Source: a virus (taxonomy: Duplodnaviria > Heunggongvirae > Uroviricota > Caudoviricetes). From it: DNA of 43,693 nucleotides. Below are positions 25,928 through 34,813 of this stretch, piece after piece (positions within the stretch are counted from its first letter, which is position 1; each line of letters opens with the position of its first letter). The position numbers and the translations under genes were made by a program. The stretch lies in the IMG/VR virus record IMGVR_UViG_2698536506_000010; one strand, 5' to 3'. The notes under the pieces are model-generated. The model saw nothing but the letters and a program-made list of their open reading frames with translations, had not been told where the DNA came from and did not search any database.

Positions 25928-27004
25928 ATGTACTTCTCAAAAGAGACGCTGGCGACTAATTCCCGCCTTGGCGGGCACTGGAGTGAGCTGTGGGCAAACC
26001 GCAACATGTGGAACCTACAGAACGATTCCATCATTGCAGCTAACCGCGCGATGATGACTGCTGACATGCTGGCCTGTAACGCAGTGGGCGGTTTCTCCCG
26101 TGACTTCTGGGCTGAGATTGACAACCAGGTGCTGCTACTGCGGGATCAGGAAGTTGGCATGGAAATCGTGAACGACCTGATCGGTGTTCAGACGGTGCTG
26201 CCGGTCGGTAAAACCGCCAAGCTGTATAACGTGGTAGGCGACATCGCTGACGACGTGTCAGTAAGCATCGATGGCCAGGCGCCGTTCTCCTTCGACCACA
26301 CTGACTACGCGAGCGACGGCGACCCGATTCCGGTGTTCACTGCTGGTTACGGTGTTAACTGGCGTCATGCTGCTGGCCTGAACTCTGTGGGCATCGATCT
26401 GGTGCTGGACTCGCAGATGGCGAAGATGCGCAAGTTCAACCAGAAGCGCGTTAACTACTACCTCAACGGCGATTCAAAAATTCAGGTTCAGTCCTACCCG
26501 GCGCAGGGCATTAAGAACCACCGAAACACCAAGAAGATCAACCTCGGTTCCGGTGCTGGTGGCGCGAATATCGACCTGACTACTGCCGACATGACCGCGC
26601 TCTTTGCGTTCTTCGGTAAAGGCGCGTTCGGTACTACCGCCCGCACGAACAAAGTCGCCGCATACGATGTGATGTGGGTTTCCCCGGAAATCTGGGCAAA
26701 CCTGGCACAGCCGTACGTGGTGAATGGCGTTGTAAGCGGCACTGTATTGCAGGCGGTTCTGCCGTTCGCGCCGGTGAAGGAAATCCGCATGAGCTTCGCG
26801 CTGACCGGTAACGAGTTTATCGCGTACGTTCGTCGCCGTGACGTGATCTCTCCACTGGTGGGTATGGCTGTCGGTGTTGTTCCGCTGCCGCGCCCACTGC
26901 CTAACGTTAACTACAACTTCCAGATTATGTCTGCTGAAGGTCTGCAAATCACCGCAGATGATCAGGGTCTGTCCGGCGTTGTCTACGGCGCTAACCTGGC
27001 GTAA
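25928..27004 (+). CDS. Putative major capsid protein (358 aa)
   Basis: Size and position after the scaffold-like gene; followed by a small ORF and a strong terminator, typical of a highly expressed capsid gene. Confidence 0.55.
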   Translation: MYFSKETLATNSRLGGHWSELWANRNMWNLQNDSIIAANRAMMTADMLACNAVGGFSRDFWAEIDNQVLLLRDQEVGMEIVNDLIGVQTVLPVGKTAKLYNVVGDIADDVSVSIDGQAPFSFDHTDYASDGDPIPVFTAGYGVNWRHAAGLNSVGIDLVLDSQMAKMRKFNQKRVNYYLNGDSKIQVQSYPAQGIKNHRNTKKINLGSGAGGANIDLTTADMTALFAFFGKGAFGTTARTNKVAAYDVMWVSPEIWANLAQPYVVNGVVSGTVLQAVLPFAPVKEIRMSFALTGNEFIAYVRRRDVISPLVGMAVGVVPLPRPLPNVNYNFQIMSAEGLQITADDQGLSGVVYGANLA

Positions 27005-27013
27005 GGAATCAGC

Positions 27014-27307
27014 ATGGCTAAATACGAAGTTGTGCGCCCATGGTTCGGCGTGAAGGTTGGCGACGTGGTGGAGTTGAAAGAGCTTCATCAGGCGCTGAAG
27101 TCTAACGTCCGGCTGATGAAAGGCGAGGCTGGTGGCGAGCTGAAACCCGCAACACCTGATGCCGGTACCGGTGAGAAATCTCGCAAAGAGATTATTCAGA
27201 ACCGCCTTACTGAACTGGGCATTGATTTCAAAGGCACCCTGGGCGCTGAAAAGCTCAGTGAGCTGTTGCCGGATGGCGAACTCGAAAAGCTTTTCCCTGC
27301 TGAATAA
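27014..27307 (+). CDS. Hypothetical head-region protein with HeH-like motif (97 aa)
   Basis: C-terminal EIIQNRLTELGIDFKGTLGAEKL resembles a HeH/SAP-like helix-hairpin. Confidence 0.4.
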   Translation: MAKYEVVRPWFGVKVGDVVELKELHQALKSNVRLMKGEAGGELKPATPDAGTGEKSRKEIIQNRLTELGIDFKGTLGAEKLSELLPDGELEKLFPAE

Positions 27308-27310
27308 CAG

Positions 27311-27332
27311 CCGCCGCTAAGGCGGTTTTTTT
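27311..27332 (+). terminator. Rho-independent terminator after the capsid genes
   Basis: CCGCC-gctaa-GGCGG hairpin followed by TTTTTTT. Confidence 0.55.
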
Positions 27333-27369
27333 ATGCCCCGCTCCGGCGGGGTATTTCACGGAGTCGATA

Positions 27370-27771
27370 ATGGTAACTCTCGAACAGGCGAAGGAGTATC
27401 TGGAGAGCCAGGGAATTACCATTCCCGATTTTGTTCTTCAGGCTCTCGTCGACCAGGCCAACAGCATACAGGAGTGTCTCGATGCACATTATCCTGCATC
27501 GACCTCGCTGTTGATTCAGCTCTATCTGCTGGCGCTTATGGGGCTCGGGCAGGGGGATAAATACATCTCCAGCCAGACGGCTCCAAGCGGGGCGTCGCGC
27601 TCTTTCAGGTACCAGTCGTTTACCGATCGCTGGAAGGCCTCGGTTAACCTGTTGCGAGGGCTGGATAAATACGGTTGTGCCACCTCCCTGATCCCTGCCG
27701 ACCCTACCGCCACCCCGGCATTCGCTGGTATCTGGATCGGTAAGGGCGGCTGCATGTGCGGGGATAAGTGA
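27370..27771 (+). CDS. Putative head-tail connector / head completion protein (133 aa)
   Basis: Position between capsid and tail genes. Confidence 0.35.
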   Translation: MVTLEQAKEYLESQGITIPDFVLQALVDQANSIQECLDAHYPASTSLLIQLYLLALMGLGQGDKYISSQTAPSGASRSFRYQSFTDRWKASVNLLRGLDKYGCATSLIPADPTATPAFAGIWIGKGGCMCGDK

Positions 27772-27944
27772 TGACGTACAAATCAGTTAAGCACGGGCTG
27801 CCACGTTCGTTTACCCGCGTCTGGGTGATTACCGACACAGGGCGGGAGACTACCGGCTACGTGAAATCGGACGGCGAGTGGCATATCAACTGCCCGCGCA
27901 TCCGGGCGACTGGCGCGAAGGTGCTGCGCTGGAAGGAGGGCTGA
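27771..27944 (+). CDS. Hypothetical small protein (57 aa), not in the ORF track
   Basis: ATG overlaps the upstream stop; its stop overlaps the ATG of the next gene. Confidence 0.3.
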   Translation: MTYKSVKHGLPRSFTRVWVITDTGRETTGYVKSDGEWHINCPRIRATGAKVLRWKEG

Positions 27945-28300
27945 TGTCGTCTACAGCTTCATGGTCCTACAACAAGCCGTGCACGATATGGCGTAAGGGC
28001 GCGGGCGGTAATGACGAGTGGGGCGATCCTGTCGACCCATACGAACCGCCTGAAACCATCATGTGCGACTACATCGGCGGTCTGTCAGCAAAGCTCGGGT
28101 CAATCGGTAAAGAGGTTGTCGTTAAGAACACCTTCTTTACTGCGTATGCGTTGGCTGATGAGGGCGATTACATCCTGATTGGTGTGAGCACTGAACCGGA
28201 CCCGGTCGTGGCCGGTGCCGATGAGGTGCGTCACGTGACGCGCTGGAACGATACTCTCGACGGTCTGGAAGATGACTGGGCGATAATTACGGGAGTGTAG
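27944..28300 (+). CDS. Hypothetical head-tail joining protein (118 aa)
   Basis: Internal ATG at 27944 coupled to the upstream ORF. Confidence 0.4.
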   Translation: MSSTASWSYNKPCTIWRKGAGGNDEWGDPVDPYEPPETIMCDYIGGLSAKLGSIGKEVVVKNTFFTAYALADEGDYILIGVSTEPDPVVAGADEVRHVTRWNDTLDGLEDDWAIITGV

Positions 28301-28302
28301 CC

Positions 28303-28671
28303 ATGGGCATCAAAGTGCGCGGCGTTAAGCAGTCGAAAGTCGGGCTCAACCGCATCATAAACGACGTCAAAGGGCGCAAGGTCGTCAGGGCGCTACAGTC
28401 AGCAATGATAATCGGCAGCTCCCAGGCCGCGCTTTACACGCCGATCGACACCTCGACGCTGTTGAATAGCCAGTATCGGGAGTTGATAAACAGCGGCGTT
28501 CGGCTGACAGGGCGTGTCGGATACACGGCGAACTACGCTGTGTTCGTTCATGATCCGAATGTGCCGCAAACCTTCCGCCGCGCAACCGCGCAGAAAGAGT
28601 TCCTCACAAAAGGCTTTGAAGATACCCGCAGCCAGATTGATGCCGTAATGCGCAAGGAGCTTTCAGTATGA
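28303..28671 (+). CDS. Putative tail completion protein (HK97 gp10-like) (122 aa)
   Basis: Position and size; motif AALYTPIDTSTLLNS. Confidence 0.4.
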   Translation: MGIKVRGVKQSKVGLNRIINDVKGRKVVRALQSAMIIGSSQAALYTPIDTSTLLNSQYRELINSGVRLTGRVGYTANYAVFVHDPNVPQTFRRATAQKEFLTKGFEDTRSQIDAVMRKELSV

Positions 28672-29051
28672 CGCCTGCCATGTATGAGCGCGTGCGTAAC
28701 TACTTCGTTGATGCCGGGCTTACCACTGGCTTCATTGTTCAGTTGCTGGCATGGGACGACACAAAGAAGCTAACCGATGCATTCATAGTTTTCCGGCCCA
28801 ACGGCGGGTCGAACATCCGTAACGACCTTGGCGCCGATCACTATGTATTGGTAGATATCATCTCCGCCAAGGACAAACGCCGCGCGGCAGCAGAGAAGGC
28901 TCAGGAAATCATCAATTATGTCGAACAGAACGACATTGCCGACGAGTGCCTTGGTCTGATTCAAAACCTCGGCAATATGCCTGCACCCATCCTGACCGAA
29001 GAGGGGCGCCTGGTCTTCAGACTCCAGTTCATGTGCGTTTACGGCGAATAA
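28668..29051 (+). CDS. Putative tail terminator / minor tail protein (127 aa)
   Basis: Overlaps the upstream stop; immediately precedes the major tail protein gene. Confidence 0.4.
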   Translation: MTPAMYERVRNYFVDAGLTTGFIVQLLAWDDTKKLTDAFIVFRPNGGSNIRNDLGADHYVLVDIISAKDKRRAAAEKAQEIINYVEQNDIADECLGLIQNLGNMPAPILTEEGRLVFRLQFMCVYGE

Positions 29052-29070
29052 CCCAATCACCAACCCATCA

Positions 29071-29096
29071 GGCTGCCATCCGGCGGCCTTTTTTAT
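29071..29096 (+). terminator. Rho-independent terminator or attenuator
   Basis: GGCTGCC-atcc-GGCGGCC hairpin (one G-U pair) followed by TTTTTTATTT. Confidence 0.45.
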
Positions 29097-29109
29097 TTGA
29101 GAGGTACAC

Positions 29110-29865
29110 ATGCAAGGCTGTGCTAATGATTTTGGCAAGCTGATCGGGAAAGTAGCTGTGCTACGCATGGCCTTTGGCTGCCCCGACGCAGTGCCAGCGC
29201 TTTCTGAGTGGAAGCGTCTCGGCGCTATGACGACCAAGGGTATCGACTATTCGATGAACACCATTAACTCCGAAGCTGATGATGCTAAAGGGCTGGTGGA
29301 AAACTTGGTCAACAACATGGATCTGACGATCTCCGGTGAAGGGGAGTTCCGCAAATCTGATAAAGATAACGAGATCGGCGCGTGGCGTCTGTCGAAGTAC
29401 ATCTTTGACGAAGTTCAGGCAGGCCGTCAGCCTAACCTGTGGGTGCGTTTCGACTTCGCTGGTGAGAACGCCGGTACTTACATCCAGGGTTACATGAACA
29501 CAACGTCATGGTCTGGTGATTTCGGAACCAACGATATCTCCACGTTCTCCGGCGAGTGGAAGGTATATGACGCCGACACCGTTGTGTTTGAAGTCGCTGA
29601 TTCCATCGCGGCCACTGGCGTCGAAGTTACCCCTGCAACTGCTTCCCTGGTCGTTGGCGCAACCCAGCAGCTGAGCGGCGCAGTTCAGCCAACCGATGCG
29701 ACTAACAAGGCGATCACCTGGACGACTTCGGCGGCCTCTATCGCCACTGTCAGCTCAACCGGCCTGGTAACGGCCGTCTCCGCCGGCACCGCGACTATTA
29801 CGGCTACCACTGCTGACGGTGACTTCACCGATACCTGCGCTGTTACCGTGACAGCCGCGCCGTAA
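29110..29865 (+). CDS. Major tail protein with C-terminal Ig-like (Big_2-type) domain
   Basis: C-terminal TATGVEVTPATASLVVGATQQL...ITWTTSAASIATVSSTGLVTAVSAGTATITATTADGDFTDTCAVTV is a classic Big_2 pattern; located before chaperone and tape measure. Confidence 0.7.
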   Translation: MQGCANDFGKLIGKVAVLRMAFGCPDAVPALSEWKRLGAMTTKGIDYSMNTINSEADDAKGLVENLVNNMDLTISGEGEFRKSDKDNEIGAWRLSKYIFDEVQAGRQPNLWVRFDFAGENAGTYIQGYMNTTSWSGDFGTNDISTFSGEWKVYDADTVVFEVADSIAATGVEVTPATASLVVGATQQLSGAVQPTDATNKAITWTTSAASIATVSSTGLVTAVSAGTATITATTADGDFTDTCAVTVTAAP

Positions 29866-29915
29866 TCACTACAAAGGGCGGCGTGCTGCCCTTGATACTG
29901 GTTATGGAGAACGAT

Positions 29916-30659
29916 ATGACACCCTTGAAAGAGATTGGCGAGTGCATGATTGGTGCTGGAGAGCGGGAATATTTCTTCCGGCCATCGTTCCGTAACATGA
30001 CGCGGATCGGTGAACCAGAGCATATCGTCCGCACTTTCTACGCGCTGTTCAATGACGACGTGGCGAAGATGCTTGAGGCGGCGCGCGAAATTCACAGTGC
30101 GATACCAGAGCATCAGCGCAGATTTTACGCCCACTATATCGGTGACGTTTCGCTGCCACGCTGGGCACTTGATGCAGCAGGCTCTGCCGCGTTTGTGCGT
30201 GAGGCATTACTCTCGGCTATTAACGTCATTCAGTCCTGCTGTGAAGAGGAAGTTTCAGAGCTGACAGGCTGGCATGAGCCATCACGCACTGGACGGCGCA
30301 CATTCGTATGGCACCGCGGCGCGCTTCCGCCTGAGAACCTTATTCTGATAGCGCAGTCGCTGATCATGCATGGTGTTATCGGCAGGGCCAAGGTTCGTAA
30401 ATTGCAGAAGCACGAAAGCAAGGAAACGACGCCGGAGTTTCACGCGACTGAATACATCATGGCGGCGAGAAACCATTTCGGGATCAGCAGGGAAGAGGCT
30501 GAAAACCTTACCATGACCGAATTCGCCATGATGCTTAACGCCAAATACCCTGACCAGAAAGGCTTCACCAGGGAAGAGTACGACGCTGTTATGGACGATG
30601 ACGATCGCCGCTGGCAGGAAATGGTTGAGCGCGAAAAATCAGCAAAAAAAGCGGCCTGA
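29916..30659 (+). CDS. Putative tail assembly chaperone (247 aa)
   Basis: Between major tail and tape-measure genes; start could also be ATG 29904. Confidence 0.45.
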   Translation: MTPLKEIGECMIGAGEREYFFRPSFRNMTRIGEPEHIVRTFYALFNDDVAKMLEAAREIHSAIPEHQRRFYAHYIGDVSLPRWALDAAGSAAFVREALLSAINVIQSCCEEEVSELTGWHEPSRTGRRTFVWHRGALPPENLILIAQSLIMHGVIGRAKVRKLQKHESKETTPEFHATEYIMAARNHFGISREEAENLTMTEFAMMLNAKYPDQKGFTREEYDAVMDDDDRRWQEMVEREKSAKKAA

Positions 30660-30731
30660 GTTAATAATGAATGTACCGTAATCGCCTGACCGGGCGTAAT
30701 ATGGCTCGACAATAAAACTCAGGGGATAAGA

Positions 30732-31106
30732 GTGAAGAAAATACTTTTGGCTTTGGCTATTCCGCTGGCTCTGGCTGGCTGCAAGCCGGGTGAAGAAAAG
30801 GCAATTTCTTTGGCGCAATCAGAAGTTTCAGCAAACCTGCTTGATCCAAGCAGTGCGCAATTCCGCAACGTGAAAGTTGCAAAAATGATGGATGCTGACG
30901 AGGGCCGGGTCTTTGCTGTAGTTTGCGGGGAAATTAACGGCAAGAACGGTTTTGGGGCCTATGCAGGGTTTCATCCATTCTTCGTTGAGCTCAAAATGAA
31001 ATCGAAGGGGATGTTCTCAAAAGGTGTCGACTACACCCTTGGTGATCACTTCCTCAGCTCGAAAGATACGCCACCACCGCCGGCCTACATCGAACGATGC
31101 CAATAA
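30732..31106 (+). CDS. Lipoprotein moron inside the tail gene cluster (124 aa)
   Basis: Signal peptide with lipobox (MKKILLALAIPLALAGC); GTG start with AGGGGA RBS; own terminator. Confidence 0.55.
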   Translation: MKKILLALAIPLALAGCKPGEEKAISLAQSEVSANLLDPSSAQFRNVKVAKMMDADEGRVFAVVCGEINGKNGFGAYAGFHPFFVELKMKSKGMFSKGVDYTLGDHFLSSKDTPPPPAYIERCQ

Positions 31107-31122
31107 ACGACACGAATAACAA

Positions 31123-31147
31123 ACCCACCAACCGGTGGGTTTTTTTA
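31123..31147 (+). terminator. Rho-independent terminator after the lipoprotein gene
   Basis: CCCACC-aacc-GGTGGG hairpin followed by TTTTTTT. Confidence 0.6.
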
Positions 31148-31163
31148 TGCCCGGAGAAAACTG

Positions 31164-33467
31164 ATGTCTGAGAAAGCAGGCGAGATTTATTACGACATCG
31201 AGGCCGATGTATCTGGCTTGCTCAAGGCCCAGGGAAAGGCTAATAAGTCGCTCGACTCCATCGGCAACTCGGCGACCAATGCAGCCAAAAAGATGGATGA
31301 GTTGCAGACGAACATCAACCGCGTCGCCGGGGCAATTGCCGCCTCACTCGTTGTTGACTGGGGTAAGGCGTTTCTCGTAGCTGCTGACAACATGAGCCAG
31401 CTCAACGCGCGTATAGAGAGGCTCACTGGTAGCGCAGCGACAGCCTCGCAGACTATGCAGAATCTGATGCGCATCAGTTCGGCAACGGGTGGTTCGCTAC
31501 AGGATACAGCAAAGCTGTGGGAGACTCTCAGCACGGCGTTGCGCGATACCGGAGCGACCAACGGCCAGATAATCCAGCTTACCGAAACACTTCAGAAAAT
31601 AGGTCGCATTGGCGGATCCTCGACAGAAGAAATGGCGAATGCTCTTCGTCAGTTCGGCCAGTCAATTTCATCAGGTACTGTCCGGGCGGAGGAGTTCAAC
31701 TCCATCCTTGAGCAAATGCCGGAACTGGCGCGCCAGATTGCCGCCGGGATGGGTGTAAGCATCGGAGAGCTTCGTCAGCTCATGCTGGACGGGAAACTGA
31801 CGGCAGAAGATGCTCTCAACGCCATTCAGAAGCAAACCGGCTCAGTGAATGCAGAGTTCGAGAAACTCCCGCGCACGCTTTCACAGGCTAATACCGCGCT
31901 GACAAACTCATTCCTGTCGATGATTGACTCTGTTAACCAGGCGACTGGAGCAAGCACAGGGCTGGTTGCGGTTATCGATTCAATGACTGCTGCACTCGAC
32001 CGGCTGGTGGGTAAAGCGGCGTCGGCAGATGCTCAGATATCGGATCTGAACAGCACCGCTGAAATGTTTACCCGCCGCGCGCGCACCTGGTCATGGCTTG
32101 GGCTTGATGGTTGGGAGGCGCAAAACAAAGCGCTGGCCGGGCTGAGTAATAAAGCCGCCATGCTGGTTGGCGACCTGGCCGCTGTTTCCAAAGCATCGCA
32201 GACCGCGGCTAACACAAAGCCGATCGAGATTAAAACGACCGCCTCAGCTACTGGCGGCAAAGCGAAAGGCGGAAAGTCTGCTGCACAGAAAGAAGCTGAG
32301 CAATACGCTAAAGCGCAGGACTCGATAAACGAAAAATTGGAAGCCCTGAGACAAGAATCTATTCTTGCAGCAGGTTCAACCAGCGAATTAACCCGTGAGC
32401 AGCAACTACTAAGGGCAGAGATGTCTCTTGGTGCCGATGCAACGGATGAACAGCGACAGAAGGCAAGAGAGTACAAAGCACAGGCTTTGGATACTGCTGA
32501 AGCATTGAAAAAGCAAGCCCAGGCAGAAAGAGATAAGCAAGCTGCGCAGTCCAACTTCAGCAGCCTACAAAGCCAAGCTTCTCCTGTGGCTAGCGTTGAA
32601 AGCCAGTTTCAGCAGCAGATTGAGCAACTCAACCAGTACGCTGCGCTCTATCCTCAGAAAATAGCTGAGGTAGAGGCTGTAAGGGCTAGCATTGAGGAGC
32701 AATATCGCCAAAAAAGACTCGATGCTCAGTGGCAAGAATTAAGTCAAATGAATATCGGCTTCGGCATGCTAACGAGTGCCGTGGATGCCTTTGGCGGAAA
32801 CGCATCAAACGTCATAACTGGACTGATCACAGGAACGATGTCAGCTCAGGATGCTATGCGCTCACTCGGTAACACGATGCTGAATAGCGTGGTAAATGCG
32901 CTAGTCCAGGTTGGGGTTGAGGCTCTCAAAAACTTCATTATCGGTCAGACATTGGGCGCAGCAGCTACTGCTGCTGGAGCATCTCAGGCTGCAATCTTGG
33001 CTACAGCTTGGGCTCCTGCCGCCGCCATGGCTAGCCTCGCTTCATTTGGGGCCAACTCAGTTCCTGCCATGACAGGAATTGCTTCAACGGTAGGCCTGGC
33101 ACAGGGCCTTGCTTTAACCGGTATGCGTTACAATGGCGGCCCGGTGAATGCAGGAGGTCTTTATCAGGTCGGTGAGCGAGGGAAACCTGAGATTTACCAG
33201 GCCAGTACCGGTAAGCAGTACATGATACCGGGCGACAACGGCAGGGTGATCAGCAATAAGGACATGACTTCGGGTGGAGGGGGCGGTGCTCCGATTCTCA
33301 ACATCTACAACTACTCATCCGCGTCTGTAGATGCTCAGGCTACACAGAACGGTGATGGTTCATGGACGCTTGAAGCTTTTATAGCTGACATGAATAACGG
33401 CGGCCCGGCAAGCAACGCCATTACCAGCAACATGAACGTTAAACGCACGCCAAGAGGGCAGGGCTGA
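31164..33467 (+). CDS. Tail tape measure protein (767 aa)
   Basis: Long Ala/Gln-rich alpha-helical protein at the expected tail position; lambda gpH-like N-terminal region (GELRQLMLDGKLTAEDALNAIQKQTG). Confidence 0.85.
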   Translation: MSEKAGEIYYDIEADVSGLLKAQGKANKSLDSIGNSATNAAKKMDELQTNINRVAGAIAASLVVDWGKAFLVAADNMSQLNARIERLTGSAATASQTMQNLMRISSATGGSLQDTAKLWETLSTALRDTGATNGQIIQLTETLQKIGRIGGSSTEEMANALRQFGQSISSGTVRAEEFNSILEQMPELARQIAAGMGVSIGELRQLMLDGKLTAEDALNAIQKQTGSVNAEFEKLPRTLSQANTALTNSFLSMIDSVNQATGASTGLVAVIDSMTAALDRLVGKAASADAQISDLNSTAEMFTRRARTWSWLGLDGWEAQNKALAGLSNKAAMLVGDLAAVSKASQTAANTKPIEIKTTASATGGKAKGGKSAAQKEAEQYAKAQDSINEKLEALRQESILAAGSTSELTREQQLLRAEMSLGADATDEQRQKAREYKAQALDTAEALKKQAQAERDKQAAQSNFSSLQSQASPVASVESQFQQQIEQLNQYAALYPQKIAEVEAVRASIEEQYRQKRLDAQWQELSQMNIGFGMLTSAVDAFGGNASNVITGLITGTMSAQDAMRSLGNTMLNSVVNALVQVGVEALKNFIIGQTLGAAATAAGASQAAILATAWAPAAAMASLASFGANSVPAMTGIASTVGLAQGLALTGMRYNGGPVNAGGLYQVGERGKPEIYQASTGKQYMIPGDNGRVISNKDMTSGGGGGAPILNIYNYSSASVDAQATQNGDGSWTLEAFIADMNNGGPASNAITSNMNVKRTPRGQG

Positions 33468-33964
33468 TGCCAATTATCGACTATCCCGACTGGCTGCCGC
33501 TGGCGCAGAAGGCCAGCAAAAACATGACTCTCGATACCGGGTTCCAGACCGATCAGCCAGCGGTCGGCCCGGCTATCTTCGAGAATCAAACCGACGACCT
33601 GAAAGTGACCTGGTCGCTGACGTGGATCTTCACTCTGGCTGAGGAGCGAGCATTCCAGCAGTGGCTGCGCAGCCCAAACTATCTCAACCGGGGCCTGAAC
33701 TGGTTCAGGATGAATATCAATCTGGGCGGCAGTGGTCTCCAGTTGCAAGAGCTTCACTTCACGCAGATGCCGGTGCAAACCAGTATCGACGGCGGGGTGG
33801 TGACATGGACAGGAACCGTTATTGCCAACCATCTGTACAACGCTGACGACGAGTTTGACGACGTAATTGTTGAGCTGCCGCCGCCGTGGCCTTCAGTGCT
33901 TGATATCGTGGTGACTGGCTATCCGGACGGACGCGATCCAGAAAGTCTTCCGAGGGTTCCCTGA
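33467..33964 (+). CDS. Minor tail protein (lambda gpM position) (165 aa)
   Basis: Start overlaps the tape-measure stop. Confidence 0.45.
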   Translation: MPIIDYPDWLPLAQKASKNMTLDTGFQTDQPAVGPAIFENQTDDLKVTWSLTWIFTLAEERAFQQWLRSPNYLNRGLNWFRMNINLGGSGLQLQELHFTQMPVQTSIDGGVVTWTGTVIANHLYNADDEFDDVIVELPPPWPSVLDIVVTGYPDGRDPESLPRVP

Positions 33965-34434
33965 TGCCTTCATATCGTGAATATAATCAGAAGCGCCCGA
34001 TTAGCGGCTGTTACAACACCATCACGTTCTATCACCCCTCCTTTGGTTACGTCCGCCTCGTCGACAAACAGTTCTTCCCGAAGACGCTTGGCGGCCAGAC
34101 GTACACGCCTGCGCGGTTTGAAATCGAAGAGAGCCAGCAGAGCGGAACTCCGGTAATCGACGCAACGGTGAAGCTTGGGCGACTGTCTTCAGATATCAAA
34201 ACGCTGATGAAGAAGTGGAGTGGTGTTTCCAGGCTGTCGCCTATCACGGCAACTCGTCAGGTTTTCGATAGAGTTGATACCTCTACGCCAATGAAGAATT
34301 GGACATTATTTGTAAAAACTGTCGATGTTGTTTCAGATAACGCATCAGTTACTTTATCAATGACAAACCCGCTAAATAACAACATTGGCCAACCATATGA
34401 TCCAGTCGAATACACGGGGCTTCAGTACCTCTGA
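33964..34434 (+). CDS. Minor tail protein (lambda gpL position) (156 aa)
   Basis: Start overlaps the upstream stop. Confidence 0.45.
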   Translation: MPSYREYNQKRPISGCYNTITFYHPSFGYVRLVDKQFFPKTLGGQTYTPARFEIEESQQSGTPVIDATVKLGRLSSDIKTLMKKWSGVSRLSPITATRQVFDRVDTSTPMKNWTLFVKTVDVVSDNASVTLSMTNPLNNNIGQPYDPVEYTGLQYL

Positions 34435-34447
34435 TTTTATCAGCAGG

Positions 34448-34813
34448 ATGATCGGCGTGCCGTGGTCTAACCGCGCCTGCTCATTCGAAAAGACTGATTG
34501 CTGGGGGCTGGTTGTGCTGTATTACCGACATGTGCTCGACATTGAGCTGCACCAGACGCCGGGTTACGAAGCCGGGGAGGATTTCTTCACCTGCTATCAG
34601 GGAGACGTCGTTTTCTGGCGCAAGGTCGATAAACCGGTCGACGGGGGGATATTTGTCGGGTACCGCGGCGCGCAACCGGCGCACGTTGGCCTGGTACTGA
34701 ACCGGCAGGCGCTGCACTCGCGTGGAGAGAACGGAAGCGTGCGCATGGACTCGTTGCTGGTCATTCAGCGGGCATTCACCAAAGTGGAGTTTTTCGAATA
34801 TGGCGCTGGTTGA
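34448..34813 (+). CDS. NlpC/P60-family tail protein (lambda gpK-like) (121 aa)
   Basis: Candidate catalytic Cys (TDCWGLV) and His (PAHVGLV) in NlpC/P60-like spacing; gpK position. Confidence 0.5.
   Translation: MIGVPWSNRACSFEKTDCWGLVVLYYRHVLDIELHQTPGYEAGEDFFTCYQGDVVFWRKVDKPVDGGIFVGYRGAQPAHVGLVLNRQALHSRGENGSVRMDSLLVIQRAFTKVEFFEYGAG

Noticed and set aside
30640-30652. Slippery A-run (AAAAAAAG) near the 3' end of the tail chaperone gene as a G/GT-type -1 frameshift site
   Set aside because: The -1 frame terminates within a few codons and the downstream gene is an independently terminated lipoprotein moron, so there is no extended frameshift product.
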